DNA of 64,000 nt from an uncultured Alphaproteobacteria bacterium (GTDB taxonomy: Bacteria > Pseudomonadota > Alphaproteobacteria > Caulobacterales > Parvularculaceae), in NCBI GenBank assembly GCA_902826095.1, contig CADEDN010000004.1, forward strand, positions 1 to 64,000, read 5' to 3'. Both the position numbers and the translations under genes were made by a program. This document shows, piece by piece, positions 18,443 through 26,695 of the stretch. How positions within the stretch are numbered: the first letter of the stretch is position 1; each line of letters begins with the position of its first letter. The notes beneath the pieces were generated by a model. It was given only the letters and a program-made list of their open reading frames with translations, did not search any database and was not told the origin of the DNA.

Positions 18443-20683
18443 TTGATGGGGGCGCAGGAGAAAGGAGCGGGCGCGATGGCCGCAAAGGCGGACGCCTTGT
18501 CGCCGCGCCGGCTGATGCTCCTGACGGGCCTGCTTGTCCTTGCGATCGCCGTTCTTTTCTTCGGCAAGATCCAGGAAGAAAACGACGGACGCCGCGTCGA
18601 AACCGCGCTCCGGGTCGATCGCGCGGCGGGCGAATGCGGCGCGGCGGCGAATGTCGCGCTGATGACCGGCGACCCGGTCAGGAAGGCGCTGGCTTCTTGC
18701 GCGCCGGACGGCCTTGCGGCGGTCTATCATCTGTCGGCCGCGGGCGATGTTCTGTCGAGCGCTGGATCGGTGAAGAGCGCGCGCTTCGAGGCGCCCGACG
18801 CGCAAGGGCTTGCGCTTGTCGAGCGCGGCGCCGTCGTCATCCCGCTGAAGACCGGCAAATCCTTTGTCGCCTGGCGACCGCTCGACAATGGCGAGGCCGC
18901 GCTCGTCGCGGCGCCGGTCAATGATATCTACGCGCGCTCGCCGACCTGGGTGTTCTATCTGCTGGTCTTGTCGGCGGTCTCGGTCGCGATCGCGTCGCTG
19001 ATGGCGGCGTTCATTCGCCAGAGCCGGGCCGCCGCGCTCGCCGCCGGCGCCGTCGACGCCTTGCAGGCGATGAACGTCGCGCTCGCCTCGGGGCGCTCTG
19101 GAACCTGGTCCTTCGACCCGAAGGAGCGCAGCGTCACGATCTCGAAAACATTCCTTGAGGCGATCGGGCTTGGACAGCGCGATCGCAGCTTCACCATGCG
19201 CGAGATCACCGCGCTCGTTCACGCCGAAGATTTGCGCGGCGCGCTCGCCGTCATCACCGGCGACACCAGCGGCGTCGCCGAGGCGGTCGTTCGCCTTCGC
19301 CAGCCGGCCGGCGGCTGGACGCGCACTTTCTTTCGCACGTCGTCGCTGGCGACGCGGTTCAATCGCTCGGGCTCGGCGGTCGACCTCTCGGGGTCGAAAT
19401 CCGTCGCGCCGGGCGCCGCGATCGCCGAGGCGCGCCTCAAGGACGCGATCGAGAGCATCCCCGAAGCCTTCGTGCTTTGGGACGGACACGGACGACTAGC
19501 GGCGTTCAATCGGCGTTTCGCCGCGATCTTCCGCATTGATCCCAAAGCCATGCAGGCGGGGCTCTCCGCCGCCGAGGTCGTCGCGCTCGCGCCGGCGGGC
19601 GGCGAGGTGATCGCCAATTATTTCGCGCCGGACAGCGCCGTCGAGGAGCAGTCGGTCGAGGTCGAGCTGCCGAAGGACCGCTGGATTCTGATTTCAAGAC
19701 GGCGGACCGGCGAAGGCGGCCTTGTCTGCATCGCCTCGAACGCCACCGAAATGAAACGCCGCACCAGAGCCCAGAAAAAGAAGGAGCGCGAACTCGAAGC
19801 GACGGTGAACGATCTGCAGGCCTCGCGGCGCGACCTTTCGGAGACGATGCGGAATTACGAGCTTGAAAAGCGCCGCGCCGAGGACGCGAGCCGCTCGAAA
19901 AGCGAATTCCTCGCCAATATGAGCCACGAACTCAGGACGCCGTTGAACGCCATCAACGGCTTTTCGGAGATCATGCAGTCGGAACTCTACGGTCCGCTCG
20001 GCGACGAAAAATACCGCGAATATGTCGGCGACATCTTGTCGAGCGGCCAGCATCTCCTTGAACTCATCGACGACATTCTCGACATGTCGCGGATCGAGGC
20101 CGGCAAGCTGCAGCTCGAGCCCAAGCGCGTCGAGCTGGAGCGCATCCTTGAAGAATGCGCGCGGCTCGTCGCCAAGCGCGCGAGCGACGCCGGCGTCGCC
20201 TTGACCGCACATGTCGCGCATGCGCCGGCGATCTTCGCGGATGCGCGGGCGGTCAAGCAAGTGACGCTCAATCTTCTCTCGAACGCCGTCAAATTCACGC
20301 CGGCGGGCGGCGAAGTCACCTTGACGGCGGAGGCCGATCTTGACGGCGTCACGATCATCGTCGCCGATAACGGCTCCGGGATCGCCAGCGAGAACATCGT
20401 CCGCCTCGGCGCGCCGTTCGAACTGATCGAGGATCATTTCTCAAAGACGCGCAAGGGCTCGGGCCTCGGCCTTGCGCTCTCGAAGTCGCTGATGGAGCTG
20501 CAGGGCGGCATCCTCGCGCTGGCGAGCCAGGAGGGGAAAGGCACGGTCGCCTGCGCGGCTTTCCCCCGCCGGCGCGACGCGCGCGTCCGCCTGCCGCAAT
20601 TCATCCGCGACGACGCGCATGTGCTGACCGCGCCGACATCGCCCGCGCCGACGCCGCCGAAACATATCGAGGCGGCGGAGTAA
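18443..20683 (+). CDS. sensor histidine kinase (periplasmic sensing region, PAS, HisKA, HATPase_c)
   Basis: SKSEFLANMSHELRTPLNAINGFSEIM H-box; NAVKFTPAGGEVTL...DNGSGI...GSGLGLALSK ATPase boxes. Confidence 0.8.
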   Translation: MMGAQEKGAGAMAAKADALSPRRLMLLTGLLVLAIAVLFFGKIQEENDGRRVETALRVDRAAGECGAAANVALMTGDPVRKALASCAPDGLAAVYHLSAAGDVLSSAGSVKSARFEAPDAQGLALVERGAVVIPLKTGKSFVAWRPLDNGEAALVAAPVNDIYARSPTWVFYLLVLSAVSVAIASLMAAFIRQSRAAALAAGAVDALQAMNVALASGRSGTWSFDPKERSVTISKTFLEAIGLGQRDRSFTMREITALVHAEDLRGALAVITGDTSGVAEAVVRLRQPAGGWTRTFFRTSSLATRFNRSGSAVDLSGSKSVAPGAAIAEARLKDAIESIPEAFVLWDGHGRLAAFNRRFAAIFRIDPKAMQAGLSAAEVVALAPAGGEVIANYFAPDSAVEEQSVEVELPKDRWILISRRRTGEGGLVCIASNATEMKRRTRAQKKKERELEATVNDLQASRRDLSETMRNYELEKRRAEDASRSKSEFLANMSHELRTPLNAINGFSEIMQSELYGPLGDEKYREYVGDILSSGQHLLELIDDILDMSRIEAGKLQLEPKRVELERILEECARLVAKRASDAGVALTAHVAHAPAIFADARAVKQVTLNLLSNAVKFTPAGGEVTLTAEADLDGVTIIVADNGSGIASENIVRLGAPFELIEDHFSKTRKGSGLGLALSKSLMELQGGILALASQEGKGTVACAAFPRRRDARVRLPQFIRDDAHVLTAPTSPAPTPPKHIEAAE

Positions 20684-20685
20684 GA

Positions 20686-20852
20686 CCAAGTTGCGTTGGG
20701 GAAGGCTAAAAAAACCGTGTCATCCCGGGCGCGCCGCGGCATGACAATGCCGCGGCGCAGACCCGGGATCCCGCGCAATTTCGGGCCCTCGGCTGCACGG
20801 GGTCCCGGGTCTGCGCAGCAACACTACGTGTTGCAGCGCGCCCGGGATGACA
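20686..20852. mobile_element. truncated copy of ~258-bp MITE (left TIR ACCAAGTTGCG + palindromic core, right end missing)
   Basis: aligns to full copies at 31301-31557 and 38060-38327; begins 3 bp after HK stop codon. Confidence 0.65.
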
Positions 20853-20878
20853 ATCAATCAGATCGCAAAACAATCCGC

Positions 20879-21352
20879 CTACGGACTATCTGGCGGCGGC
20901 GGTCCCCGCCGCCTTTTCGCGCGGCGGTCGAGGTGATCGGCGAGCGCCTTGCGGTCAGCGGGCGAGAGCGCGCCCGCCGTCTCGACGAGAAGCCTTGCAA
21001 GATCGGCCCGGCCCGCAATTTCGACGGTCTCGATCTTGGCGACGATTTCGTCGGCGGCGGCGCGGTCGAATTCGTCGGCGCGCAGGACCGCGATGAGCTC
21101 CTCATGCAGCGCGCGCCCGGCGCGCCGTCTTTCGGCGCCGGCGTCGCGGCGTTCGGCGAAGGCTTTCTTCAGGGCCTCGCGCGCCGCCGGCGGCAGATCG
21201 GCGAAGTCTTCGGCGCCGCGATGATGAAAGCCGAAGCCCTGCGCCCCGCCGCGATGATGCGGGCCGCCGGCGATCTTGCCGGCGATCATGCCGCCCATGA
21301 AAACATTCGCCGCGAGCGACAGCCCGAGCGCGATGATCACTCCGCGGCCCAT
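20879..21352 (-). CDS. periplasmic protein (Spy/CpxP/ZraP-like LTXXQ-type sensor candidate) of ECF module
   Basis: signal-anchor MGRGVIIALGLSLAANVFM, His-rich helical body; last gene of sigma/anti-sigma operon; start uncertain. Confidence 0.45.
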   Translation of the reverse strand: MGRGVIIALGLSLAANVFMGGMIAGKIAGGPHHRGGAQGFGFHHRGAEDFADLPPAAREALKKAFAERRDAGAERRRAGRALHEELIAVLRADEFDRAAADEIVAKIETVEIAGRADLARLLVETAGALSPADRKALADHLDRRAKRRRGPPPPDSP

Positions 21353-21723
21353 GACGCGTCCTCCCCGGTGAAATCCAATGACTGGTCGATCGCTGTCGAC
21401 AATTCCGCATAGGCGTCGGCGCCGCCCGTCGTCGCCGCGGCGCCGGCGATAAAACCGCCGGCGCAAAGCGAACCGAGAAGACCCGCCGCCGCGATCGGCC
21501 GCGCCAGCGCGCGCCAGCCGAAGGCGTCGGCGAAAGAGGCGAGCGACAAACGCTCGCGCCGTCGTCGCTGATGCGTGTCGTAATCGGAGAGCAGCCGCGC
21601 CGCGAGATCAGGACCAAGGATCGCGTCGACCTCGCGCAGATGCGCGAGCGCCGCGTCGACCATCGCTTCGGCGCGCGCGCGCATCAATCCTGTCTCCTCG
21701 CCGTTCGTCATATCCTCTTTCAT
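21337..21723 (-). CDS. anti-sigma factor (DUF1109/NrsF-like, single TM)
   Basis: 128 aa directly downstream of and overlapping ECF sigma gene; C-terminal TM segment. Confidence 0.5.
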   Translation of the reverse strand: MKEDMTNGEETGLMRARAEAMVDAALAHLREVDAILGPDLAARLLSDYDTHQRRRRERLSLASFADAFGWRALARPIAAAGLLGSLCAGGFIAGAAATTGGADAYAELSTAIDQSLDFTGEDASWAAE

Positions 21724-22295
21724 CCGGAAGCCCCTTCCAGCAATTCATCGCGCAGCCCCGTCAGCGCCTCGCGCAAGGCGCGCCGGCCGCGCGTCAGCAG
21801 CGCTTCGACCGCTTCAACGCTGACATTCATCGCCGCCGCCGCCTCGATATTCGACAGATCCTGCAAGTGACAGAGCGTCACCGCGATCCGCTGACGTTCG
21901 GGGAGCGCCGCGAGCGCTGCTTCGACCGCCCGTCGCCGCTCATCCGTCGAAATCCGGTCGACCGCCGAGGGCGCGCCGTCGGCGATGTCGCCGGCCGCGT
22001 CCGCGCCAAGCTCGCGCGGGCGACGTCGCAGCCGGTCAAGGGAGGCGTTGGTCGCGATCCGGCACAGCCACGCCTCGAACCGGACGCCCTGCGGCTTCCA
22101 GCGCGAAGCGTTTTCCCAGAGCTTCATGAACGTCTCCTGCGCCGCGTCTTCAGCGCCGGACCGATCGCCGAGAATTCTGACGCACACGGCCATCACCCGC
22201 GGCGAATGCCGGGCGATAAGGGCTGACGCGGCGAGCCGGTCGCCCCGGCCCGCCCGCGCGACAAGCGCTTCGTCGCTTTCCTCATCGCCTGACAA
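21720..22295 (-). CDS. ECF-family RNA polymerase sigma factor
   Basis: sigma-70 region 2 (ETFMKLWENASRW...FEAWLCRIATNASLDRLRRR) and region 4 (RQRIAVTLCHLQDLSNIEAAAAMNVSVEAVEALLTRGR). Confidence 0.8.
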   Translation of the reverse strand: MSGDEESDEALVARAGRGDRLAASALIARHSPRVMAVCVRILGDRSGAEDAAQETFMKLWENASRWKPQGVRFEAWLCRIATNASLDRLRRRPRELGADAAGDIADGAPSAVDRISTDERRRAVEAALAALPERQRIAVTLCHLQDLSNIEAAAAMNVSVEAVEALLTRGRRALREALTGLRDELLEGASG

Positions 22296-22325
22296 GCACG
22301 CGCCCGTTCTCTTCCAGAGGCGCCT

Positions 22326-22739
22326 TTAATGCTTGTTCGATCCATGATGGCGCCGATGGCCGCGATGGTCAGCCATTTCCTCCTTGCTGATCAAGCCGTC
22401 GCCGTTCTTGTCGAGGTCGGCGAATTTGGCGCGCGCGGCGTCTTCGAATTCGCGCCGGTCGACGGAACCGTCCTTGTTGGCGTCCGGAAAGCGCCGCGCC
22501 TCGTGTTCGGCGCGGCGGGCCTCATGCATCGCCTTCATTTCGTCTTCGGTCAAAAAGCCGTCCTTGTCGGCGTCGGCTTCAGCGAGAAATTCCCTGTGGC
22601 GGGAATCGAGTTCGGACATCGCGACTTTGCCGTCGCCGTCCTTGTCGAAGCGGGAAAAATCGCCGCGCCGTCCTTCGGCGGCGGCCGCGCCGATGGCGGC
22701 GAGGCTGGCGAGCATGGTTAATCCAAGAATGGCTTTCAT
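22326..22739 (-). CDS. secreted EF-hand calcium-binding protein
   Basis: signal peptide then four DKDGDGKV / DADKDGFLT / DANKDGSVD / DLDKNGDGLIS EF-hand loops. Confidence 0.7.
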   Translation of the reverse strand: MKAILGLTMLASLAAIGAAAAEGRRGDFSRFDKDGDGKVAMSELDSRHREFLAEADADKDGFLTEDEMKAMHEARRAEHEARRFPDANKDGSVDRREFEDAARAKFADLDKNGDGLISKEEMADHRGHRRHHGSNKH

Positions 22740-22789
22740 CGATGTGTCCTTTGATTGCGGGTTTTCGTCCTCTTGGAAACTTAAACGCG

Positions 22790-23950
22790 CTAGCGGCGCG
22801 ATTCCGTCGCTGCGCGCGTCGTTTCCCGGAAGGCGGCGGCGAGCCGGCTTTCCGCCGTGTCGTGGAGGCGGGCCGGGAGCCGCATGCCGGGGGCCTCGGG
22901 CAGCGCGGCTTCGAGCGGCCGGTCGAGGGCCGCAGCGTCGATATCGGCGAAACAGAGCGCCCGGCGGAGCCTTGGCGAGAACGCCGCGGAAGTGACGCGC
23001 CCGACAATCTCGGCCCTTGCGTGGATCGTCGCCCCGACCGGCGCAAGATCGGTGTCGACCGTCAGCACGACCAGATAGCGGCGCGGATCGGCGGCGTTCT
23101 TCATCGCGCGCCGGCCGTTGAACCAGGCGCGGTTCGGCGGGGCGAGATGCGGCAGGCCGATTTCGTCCGGCATCCTTGCAGCGCCCGCGGCGGCGCGATC
23201 GGCGCTGACGAAATCGACGCCGGGGCGCGGCGCGCCGCCTTCGATCCTTAGAATGTCGAGGGCGTCGATGCCGGCGACCGGCAATTGGCGCTTGCGCTTC
23301 AGCCGCTCCCAGATCACCAGCGCGTCCTCCGCCGGATAGATGATTTCAACGCCGGGCGCCGCGCCGAAATTGATCGGGCGGATGGCGAGTTCGACGCCGC
23401 GCACGCGCCCTTGCGCCGACGCGTCCGCCGACAGGACGTCGATCCCCGCGGCGGCGGCGGCATCGCGCGCGCCGGGTCCGACAATCCCGAGCGCCGCGAC
23501 CTCCGCGCCGACATTGCTCACCGACGCCTCAAAGCCGCGCGCCGCGAGATCAAGGCGCCGGTCGGCGGGCGTCGCCGTCGTCAGCAGATAAAGATCGCCG
23601 GAAAGCCGCGTCAGATCCGCGAAATCGACGACCGCGCCGGCGGCGTCGAGGATGAGGCCGCGCGCGCTTTCGGCGACCGAGAGTTCGTTGACCGGCGTCG
23701 TCGTCAGCCGCGCGAGAACTTTCGCCGCGTCAAACCCGCGGACCGTGTAGCGGCAGAGCGGGCCAAGATCGACGAGCGCCGCGTCCTCGCTCGCCGCGCG
23801 GTATTCCTCTTCAACCTTGGCGTAGACGCGCGCCGCCGCCCAGCCATTGATCGCGGTCCAGCTGTTCGAGGTGGATTGCGACGCCGCCGCCGCGTAGAGC
23901 GGCGTCGGCCTTGGCGTCTTGCAGTCGTCGTCGCCTTGCGGGAAATGCAT
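22790..23950 (-). CDS. aminomethyltransferase (GcvT) family folate-binding protein
   Basis: 386 aa; GcvT-like fold motifs; last gene of a three-gene operon with two FAD oxidoreductases. Confidence 0.5.
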   Translation of the reverse strand: MHFPQGDDDCKTPRPTPLYAAAASQSTSNSWTAINGWAAARVYAKVEEEYRAASEDAALVDLGPLCRYTVRGFDAAKVLARLTTTPVNELSVAESARGLILDAAGAVVDFADLTRLSGDLYLLTTATPADRRLDLAARGFEASVSNVGAEVAALGIVGPGARDAAAAAGIDVLSADASAQGRVRGVELAIRPINFGAAPGVEIIYPAEDALVIWERLKRKRQLPVAGIDALDILRIEGGAPRPGVDFVSADRAAAGAARMPDEIGLPHLAPPNRAWFNGRRAMKNAADPRRYLVVLTVDTDLAPVGATIHARAEIVGRVTSAAFSPRLRRALCFADIDAAALDRPLEAALPEAPGMRLPARLHDTAESRLAAAFRETTRAATESRR

Positions 23951-25440
23951 CAGTCAAATCCGCCTTGCTTGAAAAAAGCGAGCGCGCGCTCGCCGGCGCG
24001 ACGGCCGGCCGCGAGGCTTAACGGGCCGCCGATCAGCGCTTCCGGGCCGCAGAAATAATAGCCTTCAAGACCGGACGCGCCGGTCAGAATTTCCCGCCGC
24101 TCAATCGCCGCAAGCGTCGGCGGCGCCGCGGCCTCCGGCTCGCCGATATCAATCGCCTCGATCAGCGACGCCGATCCGGGCGCGATCCGTCCGAAGGCGA
24201 CGCGCGAAGCGGCGTCGACGCTTTCGCGCCACCGCTCGTCGCCGGGCGGACGCAAGGCGACCGGATGAAGAAGGAGGCTCGCCGTCGCGCAGCCCTCGGG
24301 CGCGAGCCCCGCCTCGAGCGCGCTTGGAAAAATCAGTTCGGCGATCAACGGCGCGCCGCAGACGCCCTCGCCCGCAAGGCGAAAGGCGCGGTCAAGCTCG
24401 ATCGGCGCCGGCGCGTAAAGAAAGCGCCGGTCAAGCGCCGCGGCGGCGTGCGGATCAACGAGCGGGCCGCTGATCGCGAGATTGACGCGGACGCTGGCGA
24501 TCGCCGGAGACGGCGTCTCGACGACGCGCGCGAATTCGATATCAAGGCGCGCGCGGCCGACGAGATCGAAAAACGTCTCGCGCGCCGGCAGCGCCGAGAT
24601 GATGATCGGCGCGCGGATCTGCCCGCCATCGTCGAATTCAACGCCGGCGACGCGATCGAACTCAACGATGACGCTTTTGACGCGATCGGTCTGGCGGATG
24701 CCGACGCCGGCGGCCTGGCCGGCGCGCCGGAGCGCCTGGACAAGCCCGCGCCCGCCCCCTTCGATGGCGGCGACAGCGCCCTGCAATCCCGCCGCATCGC
24801 CCGCCATCCGCCGCAGCAGCGCGAGATAGGTGAACGGCTCCGACGGGCGCGAAGCGGCGCCGAGCGCGGCTTCCGCGCGCAGATAGTCGGCGATGCGCGC
24901 ATCGAGAAATCGCCCGGTCACCGCTTCCTCAATCGACGCGGCGGCTTTCTCCGTGCGCAGATCCGGCGCGATCGCCGGCTCGGCGCCGCCTGAAAACCAC
25001 GCCGCGAACTGCCGGGCGGTCTTGCGCTCGGCCTCGGCGTAGTCGGCGAATCTGTCCGCATCCGCCTCCGACATCGCGGCGATCGCCTCATGCGCGAAGG
25101 CCGGATCGCCGGGAAGGACGAGCGCCGCCCCGTCGGAAAAGCGCACGAATGTTTCCAGCCGGCGGCGCGCGAAGGCGAGACCATGGCGATAGAGGTCAAG
25201 CTGGTCGATCGTCTGCTGGTCGAGCGCCGTCGCGATCGGATCGCCGTCGGCGGCGTAATAATGGGGCGCGAATTCCGCCCGCTCGCGAAAGCGACCGGCG
25301 CCGGTTTCGATCAGGACGACATGAAGGCCGCCGCGCGCGAGGATCGCGGCGGCGGCGAGCGCGTCGACGCTGGCGCCGATGATGACCGCGTCGACGCCGC
25401 CTTCGATTTTCGGACCCGTCTTGCGCCGCAATTCAGTCAC
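23950..25440 (-). CDS. FAD/NAD(P)-binding oxidoreductase (phytoene-desaturase/amine-oxidase-like)
   Basis: VDAVIIGASVDALAAAAILARGGLHVVLIETG Rossmann dinucleotide motif; start uncertain (ORF overlaps upstream gene). Confidence 0.55.
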   Translation of the reverse strand: MTELRRKTGPKIEGGVDAVIIGASVDALAAAAILARGGLHVVLIETGAGRFRERAEFAPHYYAADGDPIATALDQQTIDQLDLYRHGLAFARRRLETFVRFSDGAALVLPGDPAFAHEAIAAMSEADADRFADYAEAERKTARQFAAWFSGGAEPAIAPDLRTEKAAASIEEAVTGRFLDARIADYLRAEAALGAASRPSEPFTYLALLRRMAGDAAGLQGAVAAIEGGGRGLVQALRRAGQAAGVGIRQTDRVKSVIVEFDRVAGVEFDDGGQIRAPIIISALPARETFFDLVGRARLDIEFARVVETPSPAIASVRVNLAISGPLVDPHAAAALDRRFLYAPAPIELDRAFRLAGEGVCGAPLIAELIFPSALEAGLAPEGCATASLLLHPVALRPPGDERWRESVDAASRVAFGRIAPGSASLIEAIDIGEPEAAAPPTLAAIERREILTGASGLEGYYFCGPEALIGGPLSLAAGRRAGERALAFFKQGGFD

Positions 25441-26695
25441 GGCGGACGATCTCCATCGCAAGGGCCGAGGCGGCGCCGATCGAATCGTGCGAGGGCGGCG
25501 GCGCCGGCAGCGGCGGGATGTCGAAGGAACGGCGCGCAAGCCCCGCCGCGACGTCAGGGCCGATCGTCACGGTGATTTCCCGCGGCGTTCCGAGCATCGC
25601 GCCGAGGCGCTGCTCAATCAGCGCCGCCGCCTGCCGGCCGAGAATTTGCCGGTCTTGTCCCGTCCACTCCCGAACCTCGCCATTGTCGCGCAGGCGCGCC
25701 GGGCAATAGGGCGCTTTCGCGATGATCTCCTTGCCGCGGATTTCAAAAGAGAGCGGCGCGTCCTCTTCGAACTTCCCTTCGATCATGCTGTTGCGCGCGC
25801 GGATGATCGCCTGTCGGTCGGCGGCGGTGAAATAGGCGGCGGCGGCGTCTTTGGCCGAGAGCTTGGGCTTTCTGTCATAGCGGATGCGGATCGTCGCTTC
25901 GGCGCCGCTTCGACGCAGCAGCGGCGAGCCGGCCGCGTTGACGCGGACGCCCGCCGCCTCCGCGAGGAGCGCCGACGACGCCATCGCGCCCCTCGCGCGC
26001 AATTCGCGGCCGTCTTCCATGCGGATCTTCCAGAATTTGCCGCCGTCGCGGGTGAGCGCCGCGAGGCGCCCGGCAAGCTGATCGACGCCCGCCGCCTGCG
26101 CCGCCGCCTTCAGCGCCTCGATCAGCGGCGTTGTCGCGGTCCGCCGATAGGGCCAGGCGCCGGCGGCGGCGAGCGCCTGCGCGGACCCGGCCTCGTCGCC
26201 GGCAAGTCCGCAGGGCGCAAGCAGCGCGCCGACGAGATGCGTTTTCAGATGTTCGTCGCGAAAATAATCGTCGAGCGCCGCGTTGGCGGACTGATACGGC
26301 CCGGGCCCGAGACCGCCAGCCGCCTCCCGCGTCGGCGCCGATCGTTTCATGTCGTCGATGAAGGCCGGCCACAAATGCTCGAGCGAGGCGTCGAGGGCGG
26401 CGAGCCGGCGGCCGGTTTCGCCGACGTCGTCGGTCGTCGTCAGCGCCGGCGCGCCATTGGCGAAGAAGGTCGTCCGCAGCGGGAGCGTTTCAAAGCGGAG
26501 GTCATATTGGTGAAGATCAAGCAGCCGCCAGACGAAATTCGGCGGCTCTGACGTCGCGGTCGCGTCGGGCGATTCAAGACCGGTCGGCGCGAGCGCGACG
26601 CTGGCGCCCGTGCGCGCGGCGCAGGCGGCGGCGGCGATCCCGGCCGCGTCCGCGCCAATGACGAGAAGATCGATCGCCGTTCGTTGCGCCATCAC
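25433..26695 (-). CDS. FAD/NAD(P)-binding oxidoreductase
   Basis: IDLLVIGADAAGIAAAACAARTGASVALAP GXGXXG motif. Confidence 0.55.
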   Translation of the reverse strand: MMAQRTAIDLLVIGADAAGIAAAACAARTGASVALAPTGLESPDATATSEPPNFVWRLLDLHQYDLRFETLPLRTTFFANGAPALTTTDDVGETGRRLAALDASLEHLWPAFIDDMKRSAPTREAAGGLGPGPYQSANAALDDYFRDEHLKTHLVGALLAPCGLAGDEAGSAQALAAAGAWPYRRTATTPLIEALKAAAQAAGVDQLAGRLAALTRDGGKFWKIRMEDGRELRARGAMASSALLAEAAGVRVNAAGSPLLRRSGAEATIRIRYDRKPKLSAKDAAAAYFTAADRQAIIRARNSMIEGKFEEDAPLSFEIRGKEIIAKAPYCPARLRDNGEVREWTGQDRQILGRQAAALIEQRLGAMLGTPREITVTIGPDVAAGLARRSFDIPPLPAPPPSHDSIGAASALAMEIVRRD